Shown here: positions 27,164 to 36,294 of the stretch, one piece after another
Position numbering within the stretch: position 1 is the first letter of the stretch
How the letters are laid out: the number at the start of each line of letters is the position of its first letter
Source: a virus
Lineage: Duplodnaviria > Caudoviricetes
DNA length: 64,000 nt
Strand: one strand, 5' to 3'
IMG/VR virus record: IMGVR_UViG_3300048855_000167
Coordinates: 9,951 to 73,950 of that record
The notes under the pieces: model-generated
What the model saw: only the letters and a program-made list of their open reading frames with translations
Database searches by the model: none
Told to the model about the DNA's origin: nothing
Program-made: the position numbers and the translations under genes

Positions 27164-27396
27164 TGGCTGACACACCTCCACTCGATTTGCTTACGCCGGA
27201 GGAGAAGCAGGGTTTCCTGCGTGATCTGAAGGAAGCCTACTACTCCGGCACGCATCGTGTTCGCTTCCGTGAGCGCGATGTCACCTACCGCAAACTCGAA
27301 GAGATGAAAGCCATCATCGACGAGCTTGAGGACGCCCTGAAACCGGTCCGGCGGCCACGCGCTGCTGTCTTCACCACGTTCGGCCGGGGGTACTGA
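27163..27396 (+). CDS. Head-tail joining protein (gpW-like)
   Basis: SGTHRVRFRERDVTYRKLEEM; between terminase and portal. Confidence 0.85.
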   Translation: MADTPPLDLLTPEEKQGFLRDLKEAYYSGTHRVRFRERDVTYRKLEEMKAIIDELEDALKPVRRPRAAVFTTFGRGY

Positions 27397-28955
27397 TGTC
27401 CAACTTCCTCGACAGAACCATCGGCTTTTTCAGCCCCGAAAGGGGAGCGAAGCGGGTTGCAGCACGGAAGCGGATGGAGGTGTTGGATGGAGTTCGTGGA
27501 TACGAAGGCGCGTCGAGTGGGCGGCTGGCTCAAGGCTGGCGCACGATTGGCGGAGACGCAAACAGCGAAATTTCGAGAGCGGGTCAAACGCTCCGGGATC
27601 GATCGCGCGATGCTGTCCGCAATCATCCGCTCGCGGCAAAGATCGTAACCATCCACGCCAACAACTTCGTCGGCTTCGGCATCACGCCGCAGTTCAAAAC
27701 CGGTGATGCCGACCGCGACAAGAAGCTCACCGAGCTCTTCGACGAGTGGTCGAAGGTCTGCCACGTCGACGGCTCGACCGATTTCTATGGTCTGGTTTAC
27801 CTCCTGGCACGCATGATGGTGCAGGACGGCGAGCTCTACATCCGCAAGCGCACGCGCTTGATGAGCGATGGTTTGCCGGTGCCGCTACAGCTGCAGGTGC
27901 TCGATAGCGAGTTCTGCGATTGGGCCAAGACCGTCGTGGTCAGCGGCAACCAGGTCATCAACGGCATCGAGTACGACGCGATCGGCCGACGCCGCGGTTA
28001 CTGGTTCTACCCGCAGAACCCGAAGGGCGGCTTCTCGCTGCTCGGAACGGTTGGAATCAGCAGCTTCGTCCCGGCAACCGATGTGGCTCACGTCTTCGAG
28101 CCGCAGACGAACCAGATCCATGGGGTGCCGTGGCTGGCGCCGGTGCTGACCGAGCTGAAAGATCTCAGGGACTACGAGCTCGCGGAGAACATCCGCAAGA
28201 AGATCGAGGCCTGCTCTGTGGGCACCGTCGTTCCTGGTGATACCGAGAACGACGACGACCCCAACGTGGGTATTGCAGAAACAGCGGTGCCAGGGGTCGA
28301 TCGGCCGGCGGTCACCGACATCTACGGCAATCCGCTGGAGCGGATGGAGCCGGGGATGTGGCACGTCCTGACCGGTGGCAAGGACATCAAGTTCAACACC
28401 CCGGCGGTTTCGGCGGGCATGGAAGCGTACATCCGCACTCGTCACCGCAGCATCGCTGCTGGCGCGCGGGTCACCTACGAGCTCATGACCGGCGATTTCA
28501 GCCAGGCCAATTTCGCATCGGGCAAGCTCGGCCTGCTCGAGTACCAGCGGTTCGTAGGTCATGTGCAGTGGCACATCCTGATCCCGCAAGCACTCGACAA
28601 GATCGGCGCTTGGTTCATCGAGGCCGCAAAACTCTCCGGGAAACTTCCGGCGAACGTGGCGGTGAAGATCGAATGGACGCCCCCCGAGGTCGAAAGCATC
28701 ACCCGTCTCGACGACGCCCGCGCAGATCTCCTCGAGGTCCGCATGGGCAAGCGCTCCATGCCCGAGATCATCGCCAAGACCGGACGCGATCCAGCGACCG
28801 TGCTCAAGGAGACTGACGAGTGGAGCGCCAAGGTCGACGCGACCGCCACCAAGCTCATCCTCGATTCCGATCCGCGCAAGGTTACCAACCAAGGCCAGCT
28901 GCAGATGACGAAACAGGGTGGCGACAACGGAGAAACCGATGCCCCAAGCTCTTAG
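27396..28955 (+). CDS. Portal protein, lambda family
   Basis: YEGASSGR, LRDRSRDAVRNHP, QVLDSEF, HGVPWLAPV, NFASGKLG, RMGKRS. Confidence 0.95.
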   Translation: MSNFLDRTIGFFSPERGAKRVAARKRMEVLDGVRGYEGASSGRLAQGWRTIGGDANSEISRAGQTLRDRSRDAVRNHPLAAKIVTIHANNFVGFGITPQFKTGDADRDKKLTELFDEWSKVCHVDGSTDFYGLVYLLARMMVQDGELYIRKRTRLMSDGLPVPLQLQVLDSEFCDWAKTVVVSGNQVINGIEYDAIGRRRGYWFYPQNPKGGFSLLGTVGISSFVPATDVAHVFEPQTNQIHGVPWLAPVLTELKDLRDYELAENIRKKIEACSVGTVVPGDTENDDDPNVGIAETAVPGVDRPAVTDIYGNPLERMEPGMWHVLTGGKDIKFNTPAVSAGMEAYIRTRHRSIAAGARVTYELMTGDFSQANFASGKLGLLEYQRFVGHVQWHILIPQALDKIGAWFIEAAKLSGKLPANVAVKIEWTPPEVESITRLDDARADLLEVRMGKRSMPEIIAKTGRDPATVLKETDEWSAKVDATATKLILDSDPRKVTNQGQLQMTKQGGDNGETDAPSS

Positions 28956-31152
28956 AGAGGCAATCGAGAAAGAAATCCGCATCCCGAAGAGCTTCGGCGA
29001 GGTCGAGGTGCGGGCCGACACCTTCAACGAGAATGATCGCACAGTCGAGGTTTGCTGGTCCACCGGCGCCAAGGTGAAGCGATATTCCTGGGATGAAGGC
29101 TACTACATGGAAGAGCTGCAGGTGGACAAGAAAGCTGTCCGCCTCGATCGGTTCAGCGCGATGTCGTTGCTCGACACGCACGACAACTACTCCATGGATT
29201 CGAGGCTGGGCACTGTCGTCCCAGGCTCGGTTCGCTTCGAGAACGGCAAGGCTTACGCGCGCATCAAGTTCTCGAGGAAGCAGCGCGCCGAAGAGATCAT
29301 GCAGGACATCCGCGACGGACATCCCCTGCCGATCTCGGTTGGCTACAAAATCCACCGGTACGAGAAGACCGAAGGTGCAGACGGGCAGCTGCCTGTGCTG
29401 AGGGCGATCGATTGGGAGCCGCTTGAATTGTCGGCGGTACCGATCCCGGCGGACGCCGGAGCAATCTCCAGATCCGAGCCGGACGGCAAGGACTTCGAAA
29501 CCGTCCTGGTCCGGCAGGACTCACCCCACGCGGCCGTGCCCGCAACTACGAAGGAAAGACCCATGAATAAGCGCGAAGCCGCGAAGCAGTACAAGGGTGA
29601 TCAGCTGGACGCCCTTGCCATTGGTGCAGGTATTTCCCGCAAGGAAAACGAGACGGACGAGGCCCTGCGCGCTCGCCTGCTCGATGCCTTCGACAAGGAA
29701 GACCGCGCCGCTGAAGAAGCCGAAACGGCTCGTAAGGCTGCCGAAACCGAAGCCGCTCGCCGCGCCGCTGACGAAGAAACGCAGCGCCGCGCCGGTCAGC
29801 AGCAGCAGCAGGTGCCCCCGACGCAGCAGGGCACACTGACCGCGCAGCAGGCCGCCGAGCAGGCCCGCCAAGCTGTCGAAGCCGAGCGCCAGCGCAACGC
29901 TGACATCGAGGCGTTCGCCCGCACCGCGGGCCTGAAGGCTGACGACGAGCTGGTGAAGAAGGCTCTGAAGGACGGTCAGTCCATGGAGCAGTTCCGCAAT
30001 GCGGTGCTCGACAAGATGGTGGCCGACCAGGGTCGCTCCCCGACCTTCCCGCACAGCGAGACCCGTGGCATGCAGGACGCACAGGAAACCATGCGCCGTA
30101 TGGTCGCCAACGCAATCCTGCACCGCTCCGGCATGGTCGAGAAGCTGGAAGACGGCGCTCGTGAATGGCGTGCGATGTCGACGATGGACATCGTCAAGGA
30201 AATCCTCCGGGCCCGCGGCGAAAGCACCCGAGGCTCTCTGCATGACGTCGCCGAGCGCGGCCTCCATTCGACGAGCGATTTCCCGATCATCCTCGGCGAT
30301 ATCACCCGCCAGACGCTTCTGACGGCTTACGGTCGCTACGAGAATACCTTCCAGCTTTTCGCCACCCGGACCCTGCTGTCCGACTTCCGCGAAACGAAGG
30401 TTCTCGATATCGGCAGCGCGCCGGATCTGAAGCTGAAGAACGAGCACGGCGAGTTCACCAGCGGGACGATTCGCGAGAGCGAAGAAGGCATGCGGCTCCA
30501 GTCGTATGGTCGCAAGATCGGGTTCACCCGTGAGATGCTGATCAACGACCAGCTCAATGCCTTTATGTCGCTCGTCTCGAATTGGGGCCTGAAGGCCGCC
30601 AAGCTCGAAGGCGACGTCGTGTGGGGCGCCATCATCGACAACGCCAAGCTGAAGGATGGCAAGGGCCTGTTCCACGCCGACCACAAGAACTTGGCTGCGT
30701 CCGGCACCGCGCTCGACAAGGCGAACCTGATCAAGGCGCGCAAGGCCTTCCGTCAGCAGAAGGATATCGATGGCGAGTCGATCGACATCGCGCCGAAGTA
30801 TCTGTTCACCGGTTCCGAACTGGAAATCGATGCGCAGACTATCATCGCTGCCGCCTACACCCCGAACACCGCAGGGGACGTTACTCCGCAGGCGATCAAG
30901 TCGCTGGTTCCGGTCTACGAGTATCGTCTCGACAAGATCTCCACCGCTGCGTGGTTCCTGTTCGCTGAGCAGCAGGCAACGATGGGTCGCGGCATCAAGT
31001 ACTTGCACCTGGTTGGCTCTGAAGCCCCGCGCACCAATGAGCGCATCGGCTTCGACGTCGAGGGTGTCGAGTACACGATCGCTCACGATTTCGGCGTCGG
31101 CCTGGACGACTACCGGTTCGCCTACAAGAATCCGGGTGTCGCCCCGACCTGA
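28918..31152 (+). CDS. Prohead protease-scaffold-major capsid fusion
   Basis: LLDTH, ISVGY, ELSAVPIPAD protease motifs; low-complexity Ala/Glu/Gln linker; HSTSDFP...SDFR...YGRKIGFTREMLINDQL capsid (Mu gpT-like). Confidence 0.92.
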   Translation: MATTEKPMPQALREAIEKEIRIPKSFGEVEVRADTFNENDRTVEVCWSTGAKVKRYSWDEGYYMEELQVDKKAVRLDRFSAMSLLDTHDNYSMDSRLGTVVPGSVRFENGKAYARIKFSRKQRAEEIMQDIRDGHPLPISVGYKIHRYEKTEGADGQLPVLRAIDWEPLELSAVPIPADAGAISRSEPDGKDFETVLVRQDSPHAAVPATTKERPMNKREAAKQYKGDQLDALAIGAGISRKENETDEALRARLLDAFDKEDRAAEEAETARKAAETEAARRAADEETQRRAGQQQQQVPPTQQGTLTAQQAAEQARQAVEAERQRNADIEAFARTAGLKADDELVKKALKDGQSMEQFRNAVLDKMVADQGRSPTFPHSETRGMQDAQETMRRMVANAILHRSGMVEKLEDGAREWRAMSTMDIVKEILRARGESTRGSLHDVAERGLHSTSDFPIILGDITRQTLLTAYGRYENTFQLFATRTLLSDFRETKVLDIGSAPDLKLKNEHGEFTSGTIRESEEGMRLQSYGRKIGFTREMLINDQLNAFMSLVSNWGLKAAKLEGDVVWGAIIDNAKLKDGKGLFHADHKNLAASGTALDKANLIKARKAFRQQKDIDGESIDIAPKYLFTGSELEIDAQTIIAAAYTPNTAGDVTPQAIKSLVPVYEYRLDKISTAAWFLFAEQQATMGRGIKYLHLVGSEAPRTNERIGFDVEGVEYTIAHDFGVGLDDYRFAYKNPGVAPT

Positions 31153-31176
31153 TCGGCGGATCAACCTTGAAACACG

Positions 31177-31210
31177 AGGCGCTGGCTAATCACCGGCGCC
31201 TTTCCTTTTT
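31177..31210 (+). terminator. Intrinsic terminator after the capsid gene
   Basis: AGGCGCTGG/CCGGCGCCT stem plus T-rich tail. Confidence 0.55.
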
Positions 31211-31230
31211 GCGAACAACGGGAGATCCCC

Positions 31231-31560
31231 ATGCGCAATTTCATTCAGCCCGGCAAGGTGCTCACGATGGTGGCGCCGGTCGGTGGTGTCGTCAGCGGCA
31301 ATTTCTACAAGTTCGGCGCCATCTTCGGCGTGGCCGCCACCTCCGCCGCAGAAGGCAAGGCATTCGAGCTCTCGACCGGTGAGGTCTACGAGCTGCCGAA
31401 GACGTCCGCCGAGGCTTGGGTCACCGGTGACGTGATCTATGCGACCCCGCTCGGCATCATGACGACCGCCTCCTCGGGTAACACCAAGGTCGGCGTTGCC
31501 GTCCAGGCAGCCGCCAATCCGTCCGGCTCTGGTCTCGTTCGTCTGAACGACAACTTCTAA
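31231..31560 (+). CDS. DUF2190 family capsid decoration/cement protein
   Basis: MRNFIQPGKVL...GAIFGVAA...GEVYELPK...VRLN. Confidence 0.85.
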   Translation: MRNFIQPGKVLTMVAPVGGVVSGNFYKFGAIFGVAATSAAEGKAFELSTGEVYELPKTSAEAWVTGDVIYATPLGIMTTASSGNTKVGVAVQAAANPSGSGLVRLNDNF

Positions 31561-31614
31561 TCGCCTGCCGGCGGCTCTTAGGGACTGCCGCAACTCCCAC
31601 AAGGAATTAGGAAA

Positions 31615-31878
31615 ATGACGAAGAAGACCGCAGCTAAGGCCGACCTCTCGAAGGGCTACGTGGCCGCATTGGACACCATCTTCGAAGGCAAGCCGGTTCG
31701 CGAAGGCGTGCCTGTCGACGTCAAGGGCATGGCCGAAGAGCGCGTCCAGGAATACCTCGACGCCGGCTTGATCGAGCTCCCGGACGAGCCGTCGAAGGAG
31801 GCCGTGGAAACGAGCAAGCAGCTCTCGGAAGAAGCCGCAAAGATCGACACCTCCGGCGACAAGCGCACCGAAAAGTAA
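31615..31878 (+). CDS. Small head-associated hypothetical protein
   Basis: Shine-Dalgarno present; late-operon position. Confidence 0.7.
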   Translation: MTKKTAAKADLSKGYVAALDTIFEGKPVREGVPVDVKGMAEERVQEYLDAGLIELPDEPSKEAVETSKQLSEEAAKIDTSGDKRTEK

Positions 31879-31888
31879 GGGGCAGGCA

Positions 31889-32311
31889 ATGGCACTCTTC
31901 AACCGCCTGGACAAATTGACGAGCCGGGCGGTTGATACCGTCAACGCCACCCGCTTCGTGCTCACGCCGATGACGAGCACGCCGAACGGTCGCACCCAAC
32001 GCGACTCCAACCGGCAGATCATCGATGGCCGCGGCATCTTCGACTATGTCGAGATGGAATACGGCGTGCAGCTCGGCGTGCGCAAATCTTACCGAGAGGG
32101 CAATGACCTTCGGTCCGTCCAGTCTGGACGAGATCCGCAGTTATCGGTTGACCGCAAATATTTCGGAAGCTTGTCCGAGGAGGCGCTGCAGGGCGACATC
32201 GTCAAGTTTCCGGATGACCCCGACCTTCCAGATTTTCAGGTGACGAAGGCGCAGCGTGACGGGTTGACCCGCATAAAGCTCGACCTCGTCCAGATAGGAG
32301 GACAGGCATGA
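31889..32311 (+). CDS. Head-tail joining protein (gpFII-like)
   Basis: Size, position and beta-rich C-terminus. Confidence 0.6.
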   Translation: MALFNRLDKLTSRAVDTVNATRFVLTPMTSTPNGRTQRDSNRQIIDGRGIFDYVEMEYGVQLGVRKSYREGNDLRSVQSGRDPQLSVDRKYFGSLSEEALQGDIVKFPDDPDLPDFQVTKAQRDGLTRIKLDLVQIGGQA

Positions 32312-33072
32312 GCCTGAACCGCTTGGTAGCGCGGCTCTCCGTCGTGTCCGCCCTGAACAATTACCTCACGGCGCCCTGGCCGACGCTGGCCGGTCCGAAC
32401 ATCTTCGACTCCAAGATCGAGCCGGTCGAGGATATGAAGCTGGACCGCGCGTTCCCGTGTGCCGTTGTCTACACCGACTACGACAAGGACCATTGGGCGA
32501 AAGCTGACAGCGATCGCAAGCACCGCCTCATGACGGTCACCATCGAACTGCTGATCGTTCAAGTGGCGGAGCAGATCGAGACAGAAGGTCAGCCGACTCG
32601 CTATCAGCTCGAGACGCCGACCACGGACAGCGAGATCGAAACCTCGCTTGACATATTCGAGGTGCAGATCTTCCGCGCGCTCAACGCCGGCAACGTGGCG
32701 AGCGACTGCTTCAACTATCTGTGCACGTCCTACGACAATGTGATCAGCCGCCGCGGTGCATCGATTGAGGGCGGCCAGCGCCTGGCAGCGCGCCAGCTCA
32801 CGCTCGAAATGAAGACGCCGCGGGACAATATCAAAGGGGTCATCCCGGAGCAGATCGCGGCATTCCTCAACAAGCTGGAGGAGCATGCGGACTACGGAGA
32901 CCGCGTCGACGACATCCGCGCCATGTTCACCGCTACCGCTTCCGAGACGGCGGGGGAGAAGGCACGGAAGGCTTACGGCTATTCGACGGATGTCGGCAGG
33001 ATGCTCGGCTACGAGCCTGGGCCAGAGGTGCTCCTGCCGCCGAACCTGACCTTCCAGCTCAAGGGAGGTTGA
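32308..33072 (+). CDS. Tail completion/terminator-like protein
   Basis: Position; IFDSKIEP...PCAVVYTD pattern. Confidence 0.55.
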   Translation: MSLNRLVARLSVVSALNNYLTAPWPTLAGPNIFDSKIEPVEDMKLDRAFPCAVVYTDYDKDHWAKADSDRKHRLMTVTIELLIVQVAEQIETEGQPTRYQLETPTTDSEIETSLDIFEVQIFRALNAGNVASDCFNYLCTSYDNVISRRGASIEGGQRLAARQLTLEMKTPRDNIKGVIPEQIAAFLNKLEEHADYGDRVDDIRAMFTATASETAGEKARKAYGYSTDVGRMLGYEPGPEVLLPPNLTFQLKGG

Positions 33073-33076
33073 GGAC

Positions 33077-33637
33077 ATGAGCTACGAGGTGGTCTTCCGC
33101 CGACTGCTCGACCGTATTGAGCTCCTCGAGCGCACCCTTCAGCGTGTCCAGACCCGTCAGAACAGCATGTTCCGCGAGGGCGTTGTCACGTCGGTCGATG
33201 CTGAAAACTATACCGCGATTGTCGATGCACACGGGATTGAGAGCAAGCCCGTCCCCTGGCTGCAGCAGGCCGGAGAGATCAACGAATGGACGCCGCCATC
33301 AAAGGGGCAGCGGGTCGTCCTCGTTTCGCCCGGCGGGGACATGGGGAAAGCATTCATTCTGCCCGGAGGCTTCACCGACCAGGTGAAGCAACCGCACGAC
33401 AAGAAAGCCGAGAAGCGTGTGACGATCGGGGGCTGTGTCCTCACGCAGTCGGCTTCCGGCGTTGTGCTCGACGTCGACGGCACGAAATTCGAATTCACCG
33501 CCGACGGATTCAAGCAGATCGGCGGCGACCAGATCCACGAGGGTGGCAAGCAAGAGCATGACGGCTTGAACGTCGGCAGCACGCACGTCCACGGCGGCAT
33601 TCGCGTCGGCGAACAGGACACCAAAACCCCTCACTGA
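33077..33637 (+). CDS. Baseplate spike (gpV-like)
   Basis: PWLQQAG...WTPPSKGQRVVLVSPGGD; C-terminal THVHGGI. Confidence 0.9.
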   Translation: MSYEVVFRRLLDRIELLERTLQRVQTRQNSMFREGVVTSVDAENYTAIVDAHGIESKPVPWLQQAGEINEWTPPSKGQRVVLVSPGGDMGKAFILPGGFTDQVKQPHDKKAEKRVTIGGCVLTQSASGVVLDVDGTKFEFTADGFKQIGGDQIHEGGKQEHDGLNVGSTHVHGGIRVGEQDTKTPH

Positions 33638-33648
33638 AGGAGAAGACG

Positions 33649-33855
33649 ATGGAAAAGACGATCTATTACGCAGCGGCCGAGGGCCACATCCTGGGCAGCT
33701 GGCGTAAAGCCGGCGACCCCGTCGGCGAGCTGACGGATCGCGAAGCGAAGTATCTGGAGATGCACGGGACGATCTCCAAGACGAAGCCGGAAACGAGACG
33801 CAAGCCGCCTGCGCCGGAACCTGACCCGGCAGTGATTGAGCGGAAGACGCGCTAA
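33649..33855 (+). CDS. Small hypothetical baseplate-region protein
   Basis: GGAGA Shine-Dalgarno; coupled to next gene. Confidence 0.7.
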   Translation: MEKTIYYAAAEGHILGSWRKAGDPVGELTDREAKYLEMHGTISKTKPETRRKPPAPEPDPAVIERKTR

Positions 33856-34271
33856 TGTCTCGAGTCGGGTTCGACGCGACGACCGGCCGCCTGCTCTATG
33901 GGTGGGACCACTGTGTCCAGAGCATCACCAAGATCCTGACCACTGAACTGCGCGAGCGGGTGCAGAGGCGGAGCTTCGGCTCCGTTCTCCCAAGAATGAT
34001 CGACCGTCCACAGAACCAAGAGACGGTGATCGACATCTACATGGCCGTTGCGGAATCGCTCGAGCCCAGGGTGGTCGAAGGCCATCAGATGGGAGAGCCA
34101 GGCTTCGTGCTTCTGAGGACCAGCCTTGATGCTGGACAGGCCGGTCATCTCATCATGCTCGTCAGCGGCGTGTTTTTCGAGAACGGCCACCTCGGCGACT
34201 ACAGCAACCCAGCCGCTCGTGAAATCTCCTTCGTGGTCACAAAGGACAGTTTGGAGATCGCCGCGGCTTAA
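33855..34271 (+). CDS. Baseplate wedge gpW/gp25 family
   Basis: HCVQSITKILTT...RVQRRSFGS.LP..ID.P. Confidence 0.85.
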   Translation: MSRVGFDATTGRLLYGWDHCVQSITKILTTELRERVQRRSFGSVLPRMIDRPQNQETVIDIYMAVAESLEPRVVEGHQMGEPGFVLLRTSLDAGQAGHLIMLVSGVFFENGHLGDYSNPAAREISFVVTKDSLEIAAA

Positions 34272-34288
34272 GCTCGAAAGGAAGGGCG

Positions 34289-35176
34289 TTGTCCATTTCG
34301 GCGATCGACATTACCAAATTGCCAGCGCCAAGAGTAATCGAAGAGCTGAACTACGAGGCCTATCGAGCTCGCGGCATTCAGGAATTCGTCGCGGTATGGG
34401 AAACCATTCGTGTCGATAATCCCTCTCTTGGCCTACCGTCTTACACGGTCGGCATGCTGGAGACCGACCCTTTCGTCATCCTCAACGAGGCGGAAAGCTA
34501 TCGCGAGACGCTCCTTCGTGCGCGGGTAAATGCCGCGCTCCGAGCAACTCTTTTGGCCTTCGCCAAGGGCAGCGACCTCGATCATCTCGCAGCCTTCTAT
34601 GACGTCTCGCGGATGATCGGCGAGCTTGACGACCGGCTCGTGAGCCGCGTCATCCTTGCCATCCAGGGGCGATCAACCGGCGGTACCGAACCCCGCTACA
34701 AATTCATCGCCATGTCGGCAGATCTGCGCGTCCAGGACGCCAATGTCTACACGGTTGGCCGTAGCCCGCTCATTCACGTTGCTGTCTTCTCAACCTCCCC
34801 GGACGGCGTGGCGCAGGAGGATCTCCTAGCTATCGTCAATGCTGCTCTGCAAGACCCGGCGGTCCGGATGGTCAACGACACCATCGTCGTTGCCTCGGCT
34901 GTGAAGCAAGTGGTGAACGTGGTCGCGGATGCTTGGCTGCTGCCAGACGCCGACGTCGCAACCTTGGACCGGGCCGCAGACAATCTCCGGGCTGCATGGT
35001 CTGCCGCTCGGTCGCTAGGCCGCGACTTCACCGTCAGCTGGTGGACGGCGCAACTGATGATCGCGGGGGTTCACAAAGTGACGCCAATCACGCCGTTCAC
35101 TGACGTGATTGTGCCGTCGTCAGAGTCAATTTCGATCGGAACGATCACCCTAAACAACAGAGGACGGGCCTACTGA
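34289..35176 (+). CDS. Baseplate J-like protein
   Basis: LPAPRVIEELNYE, LLAFAKGSDLDHLAAFY, STGGTEPRY. Confidence 0.92.
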   Translation: MSISAIDITKLPAPRVIEELNYEAYRARGIQEFVAVWETIRVDNPSLGLPSYTVGMLETDPFVILNEAESYRETLLRARVNAALRATLLAFAKGSDLDHLAAFYDVSRMIGELDDRLVSRVILAIQGRSTGGTEPRYKFIAMSADLRVQDANVYTVGRSPLIHVAVFSTSPDGVAQEDLLAIVNAALQDPAVRMVNDTIVVASAVKQVVNVVADAWLLPDADVATLDRAADNLRAAWSAARSLGRDFTVSWWTAQLMIAGVHKVTPITPFTDVIVPSSESISIGTITLNNRGRAY

Positions 35177-36294
35177 TGACTTCTTTGCTCCCCCTCAACA
35201 CAGGATTGTTCGAGGGGGCGCAGGAGAAGGCCCTTCAGGTGAGGTGGCCGCTTCTGGAGTCCGGGGCAGACGCTATCGCTTCCGCGAAAATGGCTCCTCC
35301 GCCTTCAGTCCTGCCATTCCTGGTCTACGAATACGGGCTGGGCGAGCTGACGCCCTACGTTCCCAACCTCTACACGCTTGTTGTCGATCGGGAGGGCGTG
35401 AACTGGCAGCGCATTCGCGGCACGCCAGCCGCAGTTAGGAAGGGGCTTGGCTGGCTCGGCTATTCCGCCACGATGGAAGATGCCTGGCACGGCAGGGTCT
35501 ACTGGAACAGCACCCAGCTGCGGTTCCCGGTGCTGCCAGCGAATGACAATCCGGATCTGGAGCGCATTGAGGGGATCACCCGCCTTTCGATGCCGCTGCG
35601 TTCCCGTCTTCGCCGCGGTGTCCACCGGTATGATGTTGGCGCGCTGGAAGCAGACGGAAGCCGGCTCGACGACAGCATGCTCGACCGCGAGAGCGGTGTG
35701 GCCGTCACGGCCGCCGGCACGCTCTGGTCGTTCGGCCGCACGACGCAGATCGATCATCAGTTGACCGAAGCCGAAGGCACAGCGATCGGCAACTGGATTC
35801 CGGTACCGGGCGATGCCGGGCTCAAATGGGTCGATATGCAGTACCCGTGGGTGACTGCAAACTTCCTGTGGGCCGCCAATCCAGCTGCGCAGCGCCGGAC
35901 GCTGATGGCCGCCTGGTTTGTCGGGCGGGTCCACTACGTCACGTTTCGCGACCAGCAGGGCGCTGTTATCGGCCATCGTCGCTGCCGCGCTGATCAAGCG
36001 GTTCGCCAGGAAGTCGACGGCGTCTACGAGATCGGCGGTGTCCGCTATCAGCCGCGACCAGGTGCGACTCGTGTCTATCTCGAAGCCATGACCGACTTCG
36101 AAGACGCTTTCGACGTCGAGGCGAAATCAGTCGAGCTGACGGTCGGCGCAACCCTCGCGGCCGCCACCAAACCCGGCCGCCTATGGCTGCAGCCCGGCGA
36201 ACTCATTGGCGGTCATCCGATCGCCGTCACGTCTGTTTCCCTGCCGCTGCGCAAGACCGTGCGCGAGCAGATCAAAATCCTAATGAGGTTCTGA
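35176..36294 (+). CDS. Phage tail protein (P2 gpI-like N-terminus)
   Basis: LPFLVYEYGL...RIRGTPAAVRKGL. Confidence 0.8.
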   Translation: MTSLLPLNTGLFEGAQEKALQVRWPLLESGADAIASAKMAPPPSVLPFLVYEYGLGELTPYVPNLYTLVVDREGVNWQRIRGTPAAVRKGLGWLGYSATMEDAWHGRVYWNSTQLRFPVLPANDNPDLERIEGITRLSMPLRSRLRRGVHRYDVGALEADGSRLDDSMLDRESGVAVTAAGTLWSFGRTTQIDHQLTEAEGTAIGNWIPVPGDAGLKWVDMQYPWVTANFLWAANPAAQRRTLMAAWFVGRVHYVTFRDQQGAVIGHRRCRADQAVRQEVDGVYEIGGVRYQPRPGATRVYLEAMTDFEDAFDVEAKSVELTVGATLAAATKPGRLWLQPGELIGGHPIAVTSVSLPLRKTVREQIKILMRF

